From Candidatus Iainarchaeum sp. (GTDB lineage Archaea; Iainarchaeota; Iainarchaeia; Iainarchaeales; DTGL01): DNA of 46,742 nucleotides. The notes under the pieces are model-generated. The model ran no database searches. It had not been told where the DNA came from and saw nothing but the letters and a program-made list of their open reading frames with translations. Both the position numbers and the translations under genes were made by a program. The DNA is taken from contig JAWALG010000002.1 of NCBI GenBank assembly GCA_038886995.1, positions 1 through 46,742 of the forward strand. The letters run 5' to 3'. This document shows, piece after piece, positions 17,116 through 26,227 of this stretch (position 1 is the stretch's first letter; the number at the start of each line of letters is the position of its first letter).

Positions 17116-18079
17116 TTAAAGCCCTTATGCTTTTTCTATAAAATGCAGCAGCCTCTTCAGGTGAAACTATGTTTATTATGCATTCAGTTGCCTCTTCAAA
17201 CCCTGCTCTTTGTATAACCCTTGGTGATATGCACAAATGCATGTGAAAATCGCCCTTGCAAGGCATTTGGAAGAAGTAGTTGAAGTCAGCATTTATGCTG
17301 TTTAAGGCCGATAAGACCTTTTTTAGAACAGACGCCAATTCTTTCATTGTTTCATCATCCATCTTTGCTATGTTTGGCACATGCTCTCTTGGAAAAATCC
17401 AAAGCTCATACGCAGACCTAGATGCAAAAGGGGCAAACGCAACCACTTTTTTTCCAGAGTATACTGCCCGCTTAGACCCAAGCTCTTTCTCAATAACCTT
17501 GCAGTATGGGCAAGCACCATGCTTCCTTTTGTATTCAGCGAAAGCCTTGATTTTTGATCCAAGCCGCCAAGAAACCTTATTAGTTGCAATTATCTGTGAG
17601 TGTGCATGTGACAAGCTTGCGCCTGCGCTGGCGCCCTGATTCTTAAATATGGCTGCCTCTTTTATCCTCTCATTTTTGGTTATCTCCAAAAACCTTTCTT
17701 TATAAACTTTGAGAAGGGCAAAAATATCCTCTTCTGTAAGCTGACAAAGGTCTTTGCTGTGATCAGGTGTTTCAATTATGACTTCATGTGTGCCAGCAGC
17801 CGTCATTCTTTCCATAAGCATTTCTTTTGCCCAATTAACCTTTCTTGCTGTGGACACCGCAGGAAACTTGTTTGGTACAACCCTTATCTTCCACTTCTCA
17901 GCATTTTCAGGATAGCGCTTTATCTCCTTAGGTGTCCAATCTTCATGCTCAGGGCAAAAAGGGCATTTGCTTTTCGGGGTCCTCTTTGCAACCGCTTTCA
18001 AATGATGAGGCCTTTGGCTTCGCAAGGTTGCAATTATGACCCAATCATCTGTAAGGTAGTCCTTTCTGTACTCATGCAT
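17102..18079 (-). CDS. GalT-branch HIT-superfamily nucleotidyltransferase (galactose-1-P uridylyltransferase / ADP-glucose phosphorylase-like)
   Basis: Zn site CPFCPEHE, VVPNKFPAV, HEVIIETPDH and the nucleotidyl-His motif SHAHSQII (H-x-H-x-Q). The 3' end overlaps the PGM start by 14 nt. Confidence 0.75.
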   Translation of the reverse strand: MHEYRKDYLTDDWVIIATLRSQRPHHLKAVAKRTPKSKCPFCPEHEDWTPKEIKRYPENAEKWKIRVVPNKFPAVSTARKVNWAKEMLMERMTAAGTHEVIIETPDHSKDLCQLTEEDIFALLKVYKERFLEITKNERIKEAAIFKNQGASAGASLSHAHSQIIATNKVSWRLGSKIKAFAEYKRKHGACPYCKVIEKELGSKRAVYSGKKVVAFAPFASRSAYELWIFPREHVPNIAKMDDETMKELASVLKKVLSALNSINADFNYFFQMPCKGDFHMHLCISPRVIQRAGFEEATECIINIVSPEEAAAFYRKSIRALNARS

Positions 18080-18120
18080 GATTAATAAAATGTGTCGAAT
18101 AATTATAATTCTTTCTGTTT

Positions 18121-18561
18121 TTACATAGAACCATCGCTAATTCCATCCACAAAATCTTTTGCTTTCTTCAAAACTTCAGCAGAGTTTCTGAAAGTGATCC
18201 TCTTAAACGCCTCTTCATAGGGGAGCCACTCATAGCCAACATGCTCATCTGAAAGTCGAATATTTTTAGTTTTACTCTCAACAAGGAAAAAAACAACATC
18301 TTTCTTTATCTTTTCCCTATTTTCAGTAAAAAAGTAATTTATTCTCTCACTAAACCCGTCTAAAATATTAACTCCTGAGAGGCCTGTTTCTTCTTGCAGT
18401 TCGCGAAGCATTGCTTCTTGTTCGCTTTCACCTTTCTCAATATGCCCCTTTGGAAAATCCCAGTGGCCTTTAGCATAATGAAGAACCAAAAAAACTCTTG
18501 GCATAGAGCCAAAGAACACTATTGCGCCTGCGCTTTTTTCATGTCTCATACGCTCGCCCAA
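18121..18561 (-). CDS. Nudix hydrolase (Ap4A-hydrolase-like subfamily)
   Basis: Nudix box GHWDFPKGHIEKGESEQEAMLRELQEETGL. Confidence 0.8.
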   Translation of the reverse strand: MGERMRHEKSAGAIVFFGSMPRVFLVLHYAKGHWDFPKGHIEKGESEQEAMLRELQEETGLSGVNILDGFSERINYFFTENREKIKKDVVFFLVESKTKNIRLSDEHVGYEWLPYEEAFKRITFRNSAEVLKKAKDFVDGISDGSM

Positions 18562-18562
18562 G

Positions 18563-19312
18563 TTATTCTATGAATTGTCTATATTCAAACCTATTGAACT
18601 TGTAAAGCAACCGCCTTATTTTAAGGCCATCAACAGAAAAATTCTGGAAAAGGTTAAATGTATCTCCAGAGAACTTTTCAAATTCATGGTCTTGCGTAGG
18701 GTCTAAAAAATATGTTTTGTTTTTGTAATCGAACATAACAAAGGCGTGCGTCCTAAGGTCTTCTAACTCGGCTATTGTTACACTTGCATTTTCGCAACCA
18801 AGCGCATACAATATTGAACAGAGAAAAACAGCCATGTCTTCATCATCTGCTATCTTGTTTAACAGAATTTCACTTGGCGTTAACCAAAAATTAACATCAA
18901 CATCAGGGCTGACATATGCAATCTCCTTTTTAACAAAATCAAAGGCCTTTTTTGCCGCTACCAAAAAATCCTTCTCATATTCATAGCCGTCCTTTTTGAA
19001 TTCTTCAGCCAATGACTGAATTGTGAGGTCTTCCTTGTTTATAAGGCCTTTTATCTCACCAACAGTTTTTGTTTCCCTCTCATTTATTATAGAGGCATAC
19101 TTTTTCAGCAAAAGCCTGTATAGCTTTAGCTTAAGCCCCTTTTCTGAAAACTCAAATATGTTGGCAGAGCCAACCTTGGCCTTAAGCTCAGCAATTCGCC
19201 TATCTTTTTCCTTTATCTCTTTTTGGAGTTCAGCAATTTTTGACTTAAGCTCAGCGCAATCTTTGCAGGGTTCCATATATACATAATTGTATGCGAAAGC
19301 CCTTAAAATCAT
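18563..19312 (-). CDS. Hypothetical protein: N-terminal coiled coil plus transglutaminase-like Cys-His-Asp core
   Basis: AVFLCSILYALGCENASV...RTHAFVMFDYKNKTYFLDPTQ reproduces the C...H...D spacing of transglutaminase-like cysteine peptidase folds. N-terminal heptads KIAELQKEIKEKDRRIAELKAK. Confidence 0.5.
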   Translation of the reverse strand: MILRAFAYNYVYMEPCKDCAELKSKIAELQKEIKEKDRRIAELKAKVGSANIFEFSEKGLKLKLYRLLLKKYASIINERETKTVGEIKGLINKEDLTIQSLAEEFKKDGYEYEKDFLVAAKKAFDFVKKEIAYVSPDVDVNFWLTPSEILLNKIADDEDMAVFLCSILYALGCENASVTIAELEDLRTHAFVMFDYKNKTYFLDPTQDHEFEKFSGDTFNLFQNFSVDGLKIRRLLYKFNRFEYRQFIE

Positions 19313-19391
19313 TCCGCTCTTGGCTTTTGCTTTTATGCCCCTGTTTTAATAAAAACATATTTTTTTAAATGAGAAAAACTAATTTAGATAC

Positions 19392-20180
19392 ATGGTTGCT
19401 ACCACACAACTATTTGACAAGAATTATCTTAAAAAAGCACTTAAGCGCATAAGGCAGCAAAAGCTGAAGGAAATTGATTCTGAATTAGCAGAAAAAATAC
19501 CAACAAAGGATTTTGAAAAAAAAGCCAAAAATGAGATAAAAAAGATGAAAGCAGCGTGCTTCAAAAACAGGACTGAGCAACTTGGCTATGAGATGCTTGC
19601 AAACATTTGCAATGAGCTCCTGAAACAGAATAAATCTCAAATAAGCTTTCTCGAATCACTTGAAAAAAACATTAAAGGGGACTTCCTTAAGAGGGAGATA
19701 ACTATAAGGGAATACCGAGAGATGGTTTTGCCTATTATGGAAAAGGTTGAATTTTTGCGGATAAAAACCACACAACTCGAAAGAACGCTTGCCGAGGCCT
19801 TAGATGGATTGGCACTATTCAAAAAGCTGCCAAGCTTTATAAGTGCAATGCATGAACGGAAAAGCCCTGCAAATGCGCCAAGCTTAACCCTATGCAAAAT
19901 ATTTGAAAAGATTAAGCTTGAACAGCTTTCGAAACTAGAAAAGGAGCTAATGCTAAAATACGGGCTCACAGAACAAGAGCTGGCAAAGGTCAAGAAAAAA
20001 ACAAGGATGTCAGGCCTCAAATTTTATGAGTTAGAGAAAAAAATGAAACACGCCATTTCTTTGGCTGACAGGAATGAGCGCCTTATAAACAAAGAAAGAG
20101 AAAAAGAAAGGGCTGCTGAGCTAATAATTGAACTTAGAAGGCAAAGGAAGGGGGTGCTTGGGAGCAGCACAAAAAGATAG
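19392..20180 (+). CDS. Hypothetical K/E-rich coiled-coil protein
   Basis: Long ORF with coding-like composition and no recognisable motif. The antisense ORF 19637-20020 is a shadow. Confidence 0.5.
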   Translation: MVATTQLFDKNYLKKALKRIRQQKLKEIDSELAEKIPTKDFEKKAKNEIKKMKAACFKNRTEQLGYEMLANICNELLKQNKSQISFLESLEKNIKGDFLKREITIREYREMVLPIMEKVEFLRIKTTQLERTLAEALDGLALFKKLPSFISAMHERKSPANAPSLTLCKIFEKIKLEQLSKLEKELMLKYGLTEQELAKVKKKTRMSGLKFYELEKKMKHAISLADRNERLINKEREKERAAELIIELRRQRKGVLGSSTKR

Positions 20181-20181
20181 C

Positions 20182-20679
20182 TTAACGAGTTGCCTTAAAC
20201 TTCTCACACAATTTTTTCTCAACATTTTCAGGCACAAGTTCTTTTAAGCAAGCACCCATTGCCGCAAGCTCCTTTACGATACTAGAATTGACATAGAAAT
20301 ATTTTGGGCTAGTCATGATAAAAATAGTATCAATGTCTTCGCACAGTTTCCTATTTATGATTGCTTGCTGGAACTCATAGCTAAAGTCACTCATTTCTCG
20401 TAACCCGCGAACTATTGCTTTGGCGCCTTTCTTTCTCATGTAATTAACCAATAACCCCTGAAAAGAGTCCACCTCTACATTCTTTAAATGTGCTAGCGCA
20501 CCAACTGCCATTTCTACTCTTTCCTCAACCCTAAAAAGTGGCTGCTTTCTCGGATTGTTTGTTATAGCAACAACAACCCTGTCAAATATATTGCTAGCTC
20601 TTTCTATAACATCAATATGGCCTAAAGTTATTGGATCAAAAGTGCCTGGATATACTGCAATATTTACGCTTCTTTTCAA
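20182..20679 (-). CDS. coaD: Phosphopantetheine adenylyltransferase, bacterial CoaD type
   Basis: AVYPGTFDPITLGHIDVIERA (T/HxGH nucleotidyltransferase motif), about 160 aa. The TTG start overlaps the coaE stop (TTGA), with AGGTGA 4 nt upstream. Confidence 0.9.
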   Translation of the reverse strand: MKRSVNIAVYPGTFDPITLGHIDVIERASNIFDRVVVAITNNPRKQPLFRVEERVEMAVGALAHLKNVEVDSFQGLLVNYMRKKGAKAIVRGLREMSDFSYEFQQAIINRKLCEDIDTIFIMTSPKYFYVNSSIVKELAAMGACLKELVPENVEKKLCEKFKATR

Positions 20680-21239
20680 TGTCTCACCTTAGCAATAATT
20701 TCTTTAGCAATTCGTTTTAATTGCCTTTTGTTTTTTTCCCCATCAATCACAAGATCAGCTCTTCTCACTTTATCGCGAATTGGCATCTGTGATTTTATTC
20801 TTAGGGTTGCTTCCTCTGTGGAATAACCACGCTCCAAAAGTCGCTTTATTTGCATATTTCTTGATGCTCGCACAACAACCACATAATCAAAGAGTTTTTC
20901 AATACAGCCTTCATACAATAAAGGTGCCTCAACAAAAACCAAATCATGGCTTATAGCAGATGCAAGCTCTCTCTTGAGCTTTCTCAAAATACGTGGTTGT
21001 ATTATTTCTTCAAGAGCTCTCTTTTTCTTTCTGTCACGGAAAACAATTTTTGCAATCTCGTGCCTGTCTGCTGTGCCTAAGCGCTGTTTTAGTTCTTTCC
21101 TTACAGAAGGCATTTCATAAACGCTTTTTGCAATATCATCGCAATCTATGCACTTTTTTCCAAGCTTCCTAAGCTCAGCTAGGAGTGCACTTTTTCCACA
21201 AGCAATGCCACCAGTTATTGCAATCTTTTTCATTTGCAT
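20676..21239 (-). CDS. coaE: Dephospho-CoA kinase, bacterial CoaE type
   Basis: P-loop IAITGGIACGKS, typical CoaE length, and VFVEAPLLYE (the PLL(F/Y)E motif). Confidence 0.85.
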   Translation of the reverse strand: MQMKKIAITGGIACGKSALLAELRKLGKKCIDCDDIAKSVYEMPSVRKELKQRLGTADRHEIAKIVFRDRKKKRALEEIIQPRILRKLKRELASAISHDLVFVEAPLLYEGCIEKLFDYVVVVRASRNMQIKRLLERGYSTEEATLRIKSQMPIRDKVRRADLVIDGEKNKRQLKRIAKEIIAKVRH

Positions 21240-21246
21240 TACCTTT

Positions 21247-22533
21247 TTACCTTAGAACTATGTTTTGCCTAAGTGCCTCAGAAAGCATTTTTGAAAGAAC
21301 TTCCTTTTTGTTCTCAAGCTCTTTGTTTAAAATAAGCAGGTTGCTTTTAGTTTTCTCAATTTCAAGCAAGATCTCCTTAAGTTCTCTTTCCAGCCTAGAA
21401 ACTTCAGACCTATTTTCTGAAATTTGCACGCCTATCGTATTTGCCTTGAGCTCTCTTTCAATCTGCAATATCCTCGCGTCAGCTTCGTTAATGGGCCAAA
21501 AGATATTGCTAAAAAAGTCCTCTTTTAGCAGCTTTTCAAGAATTGGCACCTGTTGTTTCTTTTCTCCATCATCTATCTTTAACGTACCTTTTTCAATCGC
21601 GCCGGCAACCTCACCAAGAACAGCCTTTACAGAGCTGCCTTTAGGGTCTGACTTTAAGAGGATGTCAATGTCTTTGATCATCTTTTCAAGGGTTTTCATT
21701 TGTTCATAACTTATGTTATAGCTGCCTTTTTTACAAGCACTTTCAAATTTCCTAAGCAGTCGCCTGATTGATAAAAAGTCGCTAACTAGGCGCTCCTTTA
21801 TCTCAGCCTTTCTTTTCTGTAGGCGCTCAAGCTCTTCTTGCAATGAAAGCGCCTTCTTTGCTTCTTCTGATTCGAGCAATGCATTGAGCTGCGCTTTTAA
21901 TGAGTTAATTTTTCCCTCAATAACAGAGTTCCTCTCACCCAAATCTTTCAGCTGAAGCTCAAAGGCCGCTATTTTTTCTTGGCAGGATTCAACCTCTGAA
22001 ATCTTTGAGTCAAGGTCATCAGAAAAAAGCAAACCCCTCGATTCAATTGTTTTTCCCAAAGCGCTTAAATTATCAGAAATGGACTCTAGGCATCTTCCAA
22101 TCTGGCGCATACTTTTTGGTACTCCAACTGAGGCGTAAGCAATATTTCTCCTGCTTTTGAAAATGCTTCTTTGGATTGCTGCTGTAGCTGCACCATAGTA
22201 TTCCTTTATTTTTTTTACATCATATTCTGATGGTGGCTCCACTTTGTCAATAAGAGGCTTAACACTGCTCATAAAACCTTTCTTGCTTGTCTGGACAATC
22301 TTTTTAAAAGGGCCTTCTTCAACGTCAGGCAACTCATTTTCCAAAGCAGCCAGGGCTTTGCGTGCCTCTGCAACCTCCGCCCTTATTTCTGAAACAATAC
22401 CTTGCAATTCTTTTTTTATGTTCTTTCTGTGCCTTTCTTCGTCGAGCATCTTTTTTGCATTGCTGAGGCTTACCTTCACAGAAACTTTTTTCTTTCCGAA
22501 AAATAAGTTAATCAGTTTTTTCAAAAGGCCCAT
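21247..22533 (-). CDS. Hypothetical 428-aa coiled-coil protein with an N-terminal amphipathic helix
   Basis: MGLLKKLINLFFGKKK, then long heptad-rich stretches. The gene is 7 nt upstream of coaE on the same strand. Confidence 0.55.
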   Translation of the reverse strand: MGLLKKLINLFFGKKKVSVKVSLSNAKKMLDEERHRKNIKKELQGIVSEIRAEVAEARKALAALENELPDVEEGPFKKIVQTSKKGFMSSVKPLIDKVEPPSEYDVKKIKEYYGAATAAIQRSIFKSRRNIAYASVGVPKSMRQIGRCLESISDNLSALGKTIESRGLLFSDDLDSKISEVESCQEKIAAFELQLKDLGERNSVIEGKINSLKAQLNALLESEEAKKALSLQEELERLQKRKAEIKERLVSDFLSIRRLLRKFESACKKGSYNISYEQMKTLEKMIKDIDILLKSDPKGSSVKAVLGEVAGAIEKGTLKIDDGEKKQQVPILEKLLKEDFFSNIFWPINEADARILQIERELKANTIGVQISENRSEVSRLERELKEILLEIEKTKSNLLILNKELENKKEVLSKMLSEALRQNIVLR

Positions 22534-22627
22534 ACAAAAAAGTAATACAAAGGAGTAATTATATTTAACCTTTTAATGGAAGAAAGGCCTAAGAAATATT
22601 TTAAACAGCCCGCAGCTATATAAATAG

Positions 22628-24061
22628 ATGAACTATAAACTCAACAAACAATTAGCAGATATTACCACACACGCAAAAGCGATCGCAAAGAATATATCCT
22701 CACAAAAGAAAATTGTTATTGTCCATCACCATGATGCTGATGGCATTGCCAGCGCATCAATCCTTGCAAAAGCTTTTCAGAATTTGGGCAAAAGTTTCTC
22801 AACAGTTGCAATGAAGCAGCTTTACAAGGAAAGCATAAATGAAATAATGAAACATGAGCAACAAAATGACTGCCTTTACACCTTTGTTGACTTTGGTGCT
22901 TCACACATACGCGACCTTGAGCACTTTTTTGGCAAAAGTTTTGTGGTCATAGATCACCACCAGCCAAAATACCCCAAATCAGAAAACTTTTTGAATTGCT
23001 GGCATTTTGGCCTTAACGGTTCAACAGAAGCATGCGCAGCATCGCTTTCATACTTGGTAGCCGACGCCTTGCTTGGAGAAAAGTCAGAAGAACTTGCTTC
23101 TATTGCGATAATTGGTGCATTGGGCGATATGCAAGATAGCTCAGGCCAATTAACTGGCCTCAACAAAGCCATCCTAGATGAAGCGCAGAAAAATGGCTAC
23201 ATAAAAGTTATGAGGGATTTGAGATTGTATGGGCGGTTCACAAGGCCTCTAGTGCAATTTATAGCATATTCTACAGATCCAATGATTCCTGGATTGACCG
23301 GCAACGAAGATAACGTAGCAAAGTTTTTACTCGAAAATGGCTTTGAGCTAAAGCGCAACGAAAAATGGCTATGTTACGAAGACCTTTCATTTGAGGAAAA
23401 GCAGAAGCTTGTAACTGCGCTTATCATTTATATGCGCTCTATTGATTTGCCTGAGTGGAAAATTACTCGCTTAATAGGTGAAGTTTATACTTTGCTAGGG
23501 GAGCCATTTGGACCTTTAAGAGATGCTAAAGAGTATGCAACGCTTCTAAATGCTTGCGGCAGAAACGATTGCCCAGAGGTAGGCCTTGAACTTTGCCTTG
23601 GTGACAGAGGCCATTTCTATGGACAGGCATTGGGCATTTTAGCCGAACACAGAAAAAACCTCCGAGAAGGACTTGAGCTTATGATTGAAGAAGGGCTCCA
23701 AGAAGCAAGAAACTTTTACTATTTTAATGCTGGAAGCCGCATAAAGGATTCTTTGGTTGGCGTAGTTGCAGGAATGCTTTATTCAAGCAATATTATACCT
23801 ACTGAAAAACCAATAGTTGCCTTCGCTGAACAAAGCGATGGTTTTCTGAAGGTTAGTGCAAGGGCAACGCAAGAGCTTATAATGAAAGGACTAAACTTAG
23901 GCCTAGTTATGAGGGCTTGCTGTGAAGAACTTGGCTTTGGCTCAGAAGGCGGCGGACACCAGGTTGCTGCGGGAGCCAAAATACCGAAAGATAAGCTGAA
24001 TGATTTTATCTGGCTTTTAGACAAGAAATTGGGTGAGCATTTCAATACAAAGCAAGAATAA
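22628..24061 (+). CDS. DHH/DHHA1 phosphoesterase, archaeal RecJ/GAN-like
   Basis: VIVHHHDADGIASASIL (motifs I/II), VVIDHHQP (DHH) and GGGHQVAAGA (DHHA1). Confidence 0.75.
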   Translation: MNYKLNKQLADITTHAKAIAKNISSQKKIVIVHHHDADGIASASILAKAFQNLGKSFSTVAMKQLYKESINEIMKHEQQNDCLYTFVDFGASHIRDLEHFFGKSFVVIDHHQPKYPKSENFLNCWHFGLNGSTEACAASLSYLVADALLGEKSEELASIAIIGALGDMQDSSGQLTGLNKAILDEAQKNGYIKVMRDLRLYGRFTRPLVQFIAYSTDPMIPGLTGNEDNVAKFLLENGFELKRNEKWLCYEDLSFEEKQKLVTALIIYMRSIDLPEWKITRLIGEVYTLLGEPFGPLRDAKEYATLLNACGRNDCPEVGLELCLGDRGHFYGQALGILAEHRKNLREGLELMIEEGLQEARNFYYFNAGSRIKDSLVGVVAGMLYSSNIIPTEKPIVAFAEQSDGFLKVSARATQELIMKGLNLGLVMRACCEELGFGSEGGGHQVAAGAKIPKDKLNDFIWLLDKKLGEHFNTKQE

Positions 24062-24104
24062 CAAATAACAACCATTATTAAACATTAAACACAAATATTA
24101 AATT

Positions 24105-25169
24105 ATGGCCATTGATGCTATGGAAATAATTGGCAAAAGGAAAAAGATCATTGACAAAGAGCTTGAGTCAGTATTACCGAGAAATGCTGAAAAATGGGTT
24201 GAAAAAGCGCTTGGAAAACCCAATTATTTTTATGATACTAAAACAGTGCAGCATGGACTAACAGACCAAGTTTGGGAATTTCTTGACCGTGGTGGAAAAC
24301 GCTGGAGACCCGCGCTTATGATTTCTGCTTGCAAGGCCCTAAATGGGCCTGAAATACTAGCCGCAAAATTTGCACCACTCATTGAGTTTGTACACGAAGG
24401 TACGCTCTTGGTTGATGATGTTGAAGACAACGCTGATTTAAGGCGTGGTAAGCCAGCCATGCACAAAATTTATGGCATTGACTGCGCAGTCAACACGGGC
24501 AATGCAATGTACTTTATTCCTCTTGAGCTGCTATACAACAACAGATTCAAGCTGCCTGAAAAAAAGATTGTGCAGATTTACGATATATATGCACAAGAAA
24601 TGCTCAGGCTGAGTGTTGGCCAGGCCATGGATATATGGTGGCATAAGGGAAAAATCAAAGCAATCAGTGAAGCTGCTTACTTACAGATGTGTGCTTACAA
24701 AACAGGTGTGCTTGCAAGGTTTGCCGCAAAACTTGGTGCAGTGCTAGCTGATGCTAAAAGGTCACAAGTTGAAGCATTGGGAAACTTTGGCGAGGCCTTA
24801 GGCGTAGCTTTCCAGATACAAGATGACATTCTGAATGTTGCTCCAAAAAGCGAGCGCTGGGGTAAAGAAGTGGGTGAAGACATAAGCGAAGGCAAACGTA
24901 CACTTCTAGTTATAAAGGCAAAAAAATCCTTGCCAAAGAAAGAAGCGAATGAACTTGATTCAATACTTAACTCACATACAAAGAACAAGAAAAAGATTCA
25001 AAAGGCAATCAATCTAATAAAAAAGTCAGGTGCAATTGCATACTCTGCAAAAAAAGCAAAAGACATCGTTGAGAAGGCATGGGCGGATTTAGAGAAAAAA
25101 ATTCCTGAAAATGAGGGTAAGCAAGAGCTGAAAGCATTTGCTGATTTTGCAATAAATAGGGACATCTAA
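24105..25169 (+). CDS. idsA: Polyprenyl (geranylgeranyl) diphosphate synthase
   Basis: First Asp-rich motif LLVDDVEDNADLRRGKP, second FQIQDDILN. Confidence 0.85.
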   Translation: MAIDAMEIIGKRKKIIDKELESVLPRNAEKWVEKALGKPNYFYDTKTVQHGLTDQVWEFLDRGGKRWRPALMISACKALNGPEILAAKFAPLIEFVHEGTLLVDDVEDNADLRRGKPAMHKIYGIDCAVNTGNAMYFIPLELLYNNRFKLPEKKIVQIYDIYAQEMLRLSVGQAMDIWWHKGKIKAISEAAYLQMCAYKTGVLARFAAKLGAVLADAKRSQVEALGNFGEALGVAFQIQDDILNVAPKSERWGKEVGEDISEGKRTLLVIKAKKSLPKKEANELDSILNSHTKNKKKIQKAINLIKKSGAIAYSAKKAKDIVEKAWADLEKKIPENEGKQELKAFADFAINRDI

Positions 25170-25176
25170 AATTTAA

Positions 25177-26184
25177 CTAATCATGGTCCATTATCTCAAT
25201 GACATCTAGATCAACACATTCGCATTTTTTCCCAGTAATCTCTGAAATGCTTGGCTTTGTGCGCCCACAATCCCCAGATATAAACTCCTTTACATAAAGC
25301 CCAGAGTCGGCAACTAACTCTAGTACTAAAAAATCATCTTCAATGCTGGCTTTCTTGATCTCAACACTTCTTTTTCTAATAATGTCTGCACGCCTTTTAG
25401 AGACACGCAATGGTGTTCTTTGCTCCACATAGTATTTCCCAATCAACTCGTCTACCTCATCCAATGGGCTTTCGCAAACTACTTTTGCCCTATAAACCTT
25501 TCTGCTTTTCTTTGCCTTAATTTTCGCTACATGGCTCTTATCACAGAACTCTAAGTCAAGAACCTCAATCTTTCCTTTTTCACACTCATTTATTTTAGCT
25601 TCTAAAGCTTTAAGGTCAACAATTCTCTTTTTTGGGCTAATTACCTGCATTACAAATTCACGGCCGTTTCCAAGCATCCTCACATCTGCGTCTTCTCTGC
25701 CAGCGCCATGCATTTTTGCGCCTTCCGCTTCAAACTCAGGCACAACATGTTTTGCAATTAGTTCTTCAACAGATTCATTGCTTAATATGCCAGAGCCGTT
25801 GCATAAAGCGCACCCAGAGCCCTTACATTTGAAGCAATAATGCTTCGTCTGGTGAATCTTGGCGTATTTTTTGTATCTGCCCTTTACATAAACGGAGTGT
25901 ACCAAAAAATAAACAAGATCCTGATTAAAGTTTATTAGGATTTCAATTTCTGGTTTGGCATAATCTGCCTTTTTCCCAAGCACTTCCTCTAGCTTTCTTA
26001 CAATTAGTGGCTGAAAATCTTTGCGCAGCACTTCTTTACCTTCATCGCTTAAGTAGTCCTCAAAAGTGCAACCCACAAGAAAGCTATTAAACTCATACCC
26101 ATCAAGAGCTTTCGCTATTTTAGCGCTTAGCTGCTCTATGAGCTCATTGTTAAAGCCATCAAACTCGAATCTTATCGGCTCCAT
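25177..26184 (-). CDS. pus10: tRNA pseudouridine synthase Pus10
   Basis: Zn-knuckle CFKCKGSGCALCNGSG and the catalytic block GAGREDADVRMLGNGREF typical of Pus10. Confidence 0.75.
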   Translation of the reverse strand: MEPIRFEFDGFNNELIEQLSAKIAKALDGYEFNSFLVGCTFEDYLSDEGKEVLRKDFQPLIVRKLEEVLGKKADYAKPEIEILINFNQDLVYFLVHSVYVKGRYKKYAKIHQTKHYCFKCKGSGCALCNGSGILSNESVEELIAKHVVPEFEAEGAKMHGAGREDADVRMLGNGREFVMQVISPKKRIVDLKALEAKINECEKGKIEVLDLEFCDKSHVAKIKAKKSRKVYRAKVVCESPLDEVDELIGKYYVEQRTPLRVSKRRADIIRKRSVEIKKASIEDDFLVLELVADSGLYVKEFISGDCGRTKPSISEITGKKCECVDLDVIEIMDHD

Positions 26185-26227
26185 CTTAAAAGTAACGAAA
26201 GTAATGTTTATATGCTTGCGCTAGATT

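Noticed and set aside
21185-21709. Long antisense ORFs opposite confidently identified genes (for example 21185-21709, 27213-27914, 36744-37142, 41585-42199, 43313-43795, 43624-44088, 13558-13866, 14741-15142)
   Set aside because: They lie on the opposite strand of genes with unmistakable family motifs. Their composition is low-complexity and S/F/L/C-rich, typical of shadow frames in AT-rich DNA, and they have no motifs.
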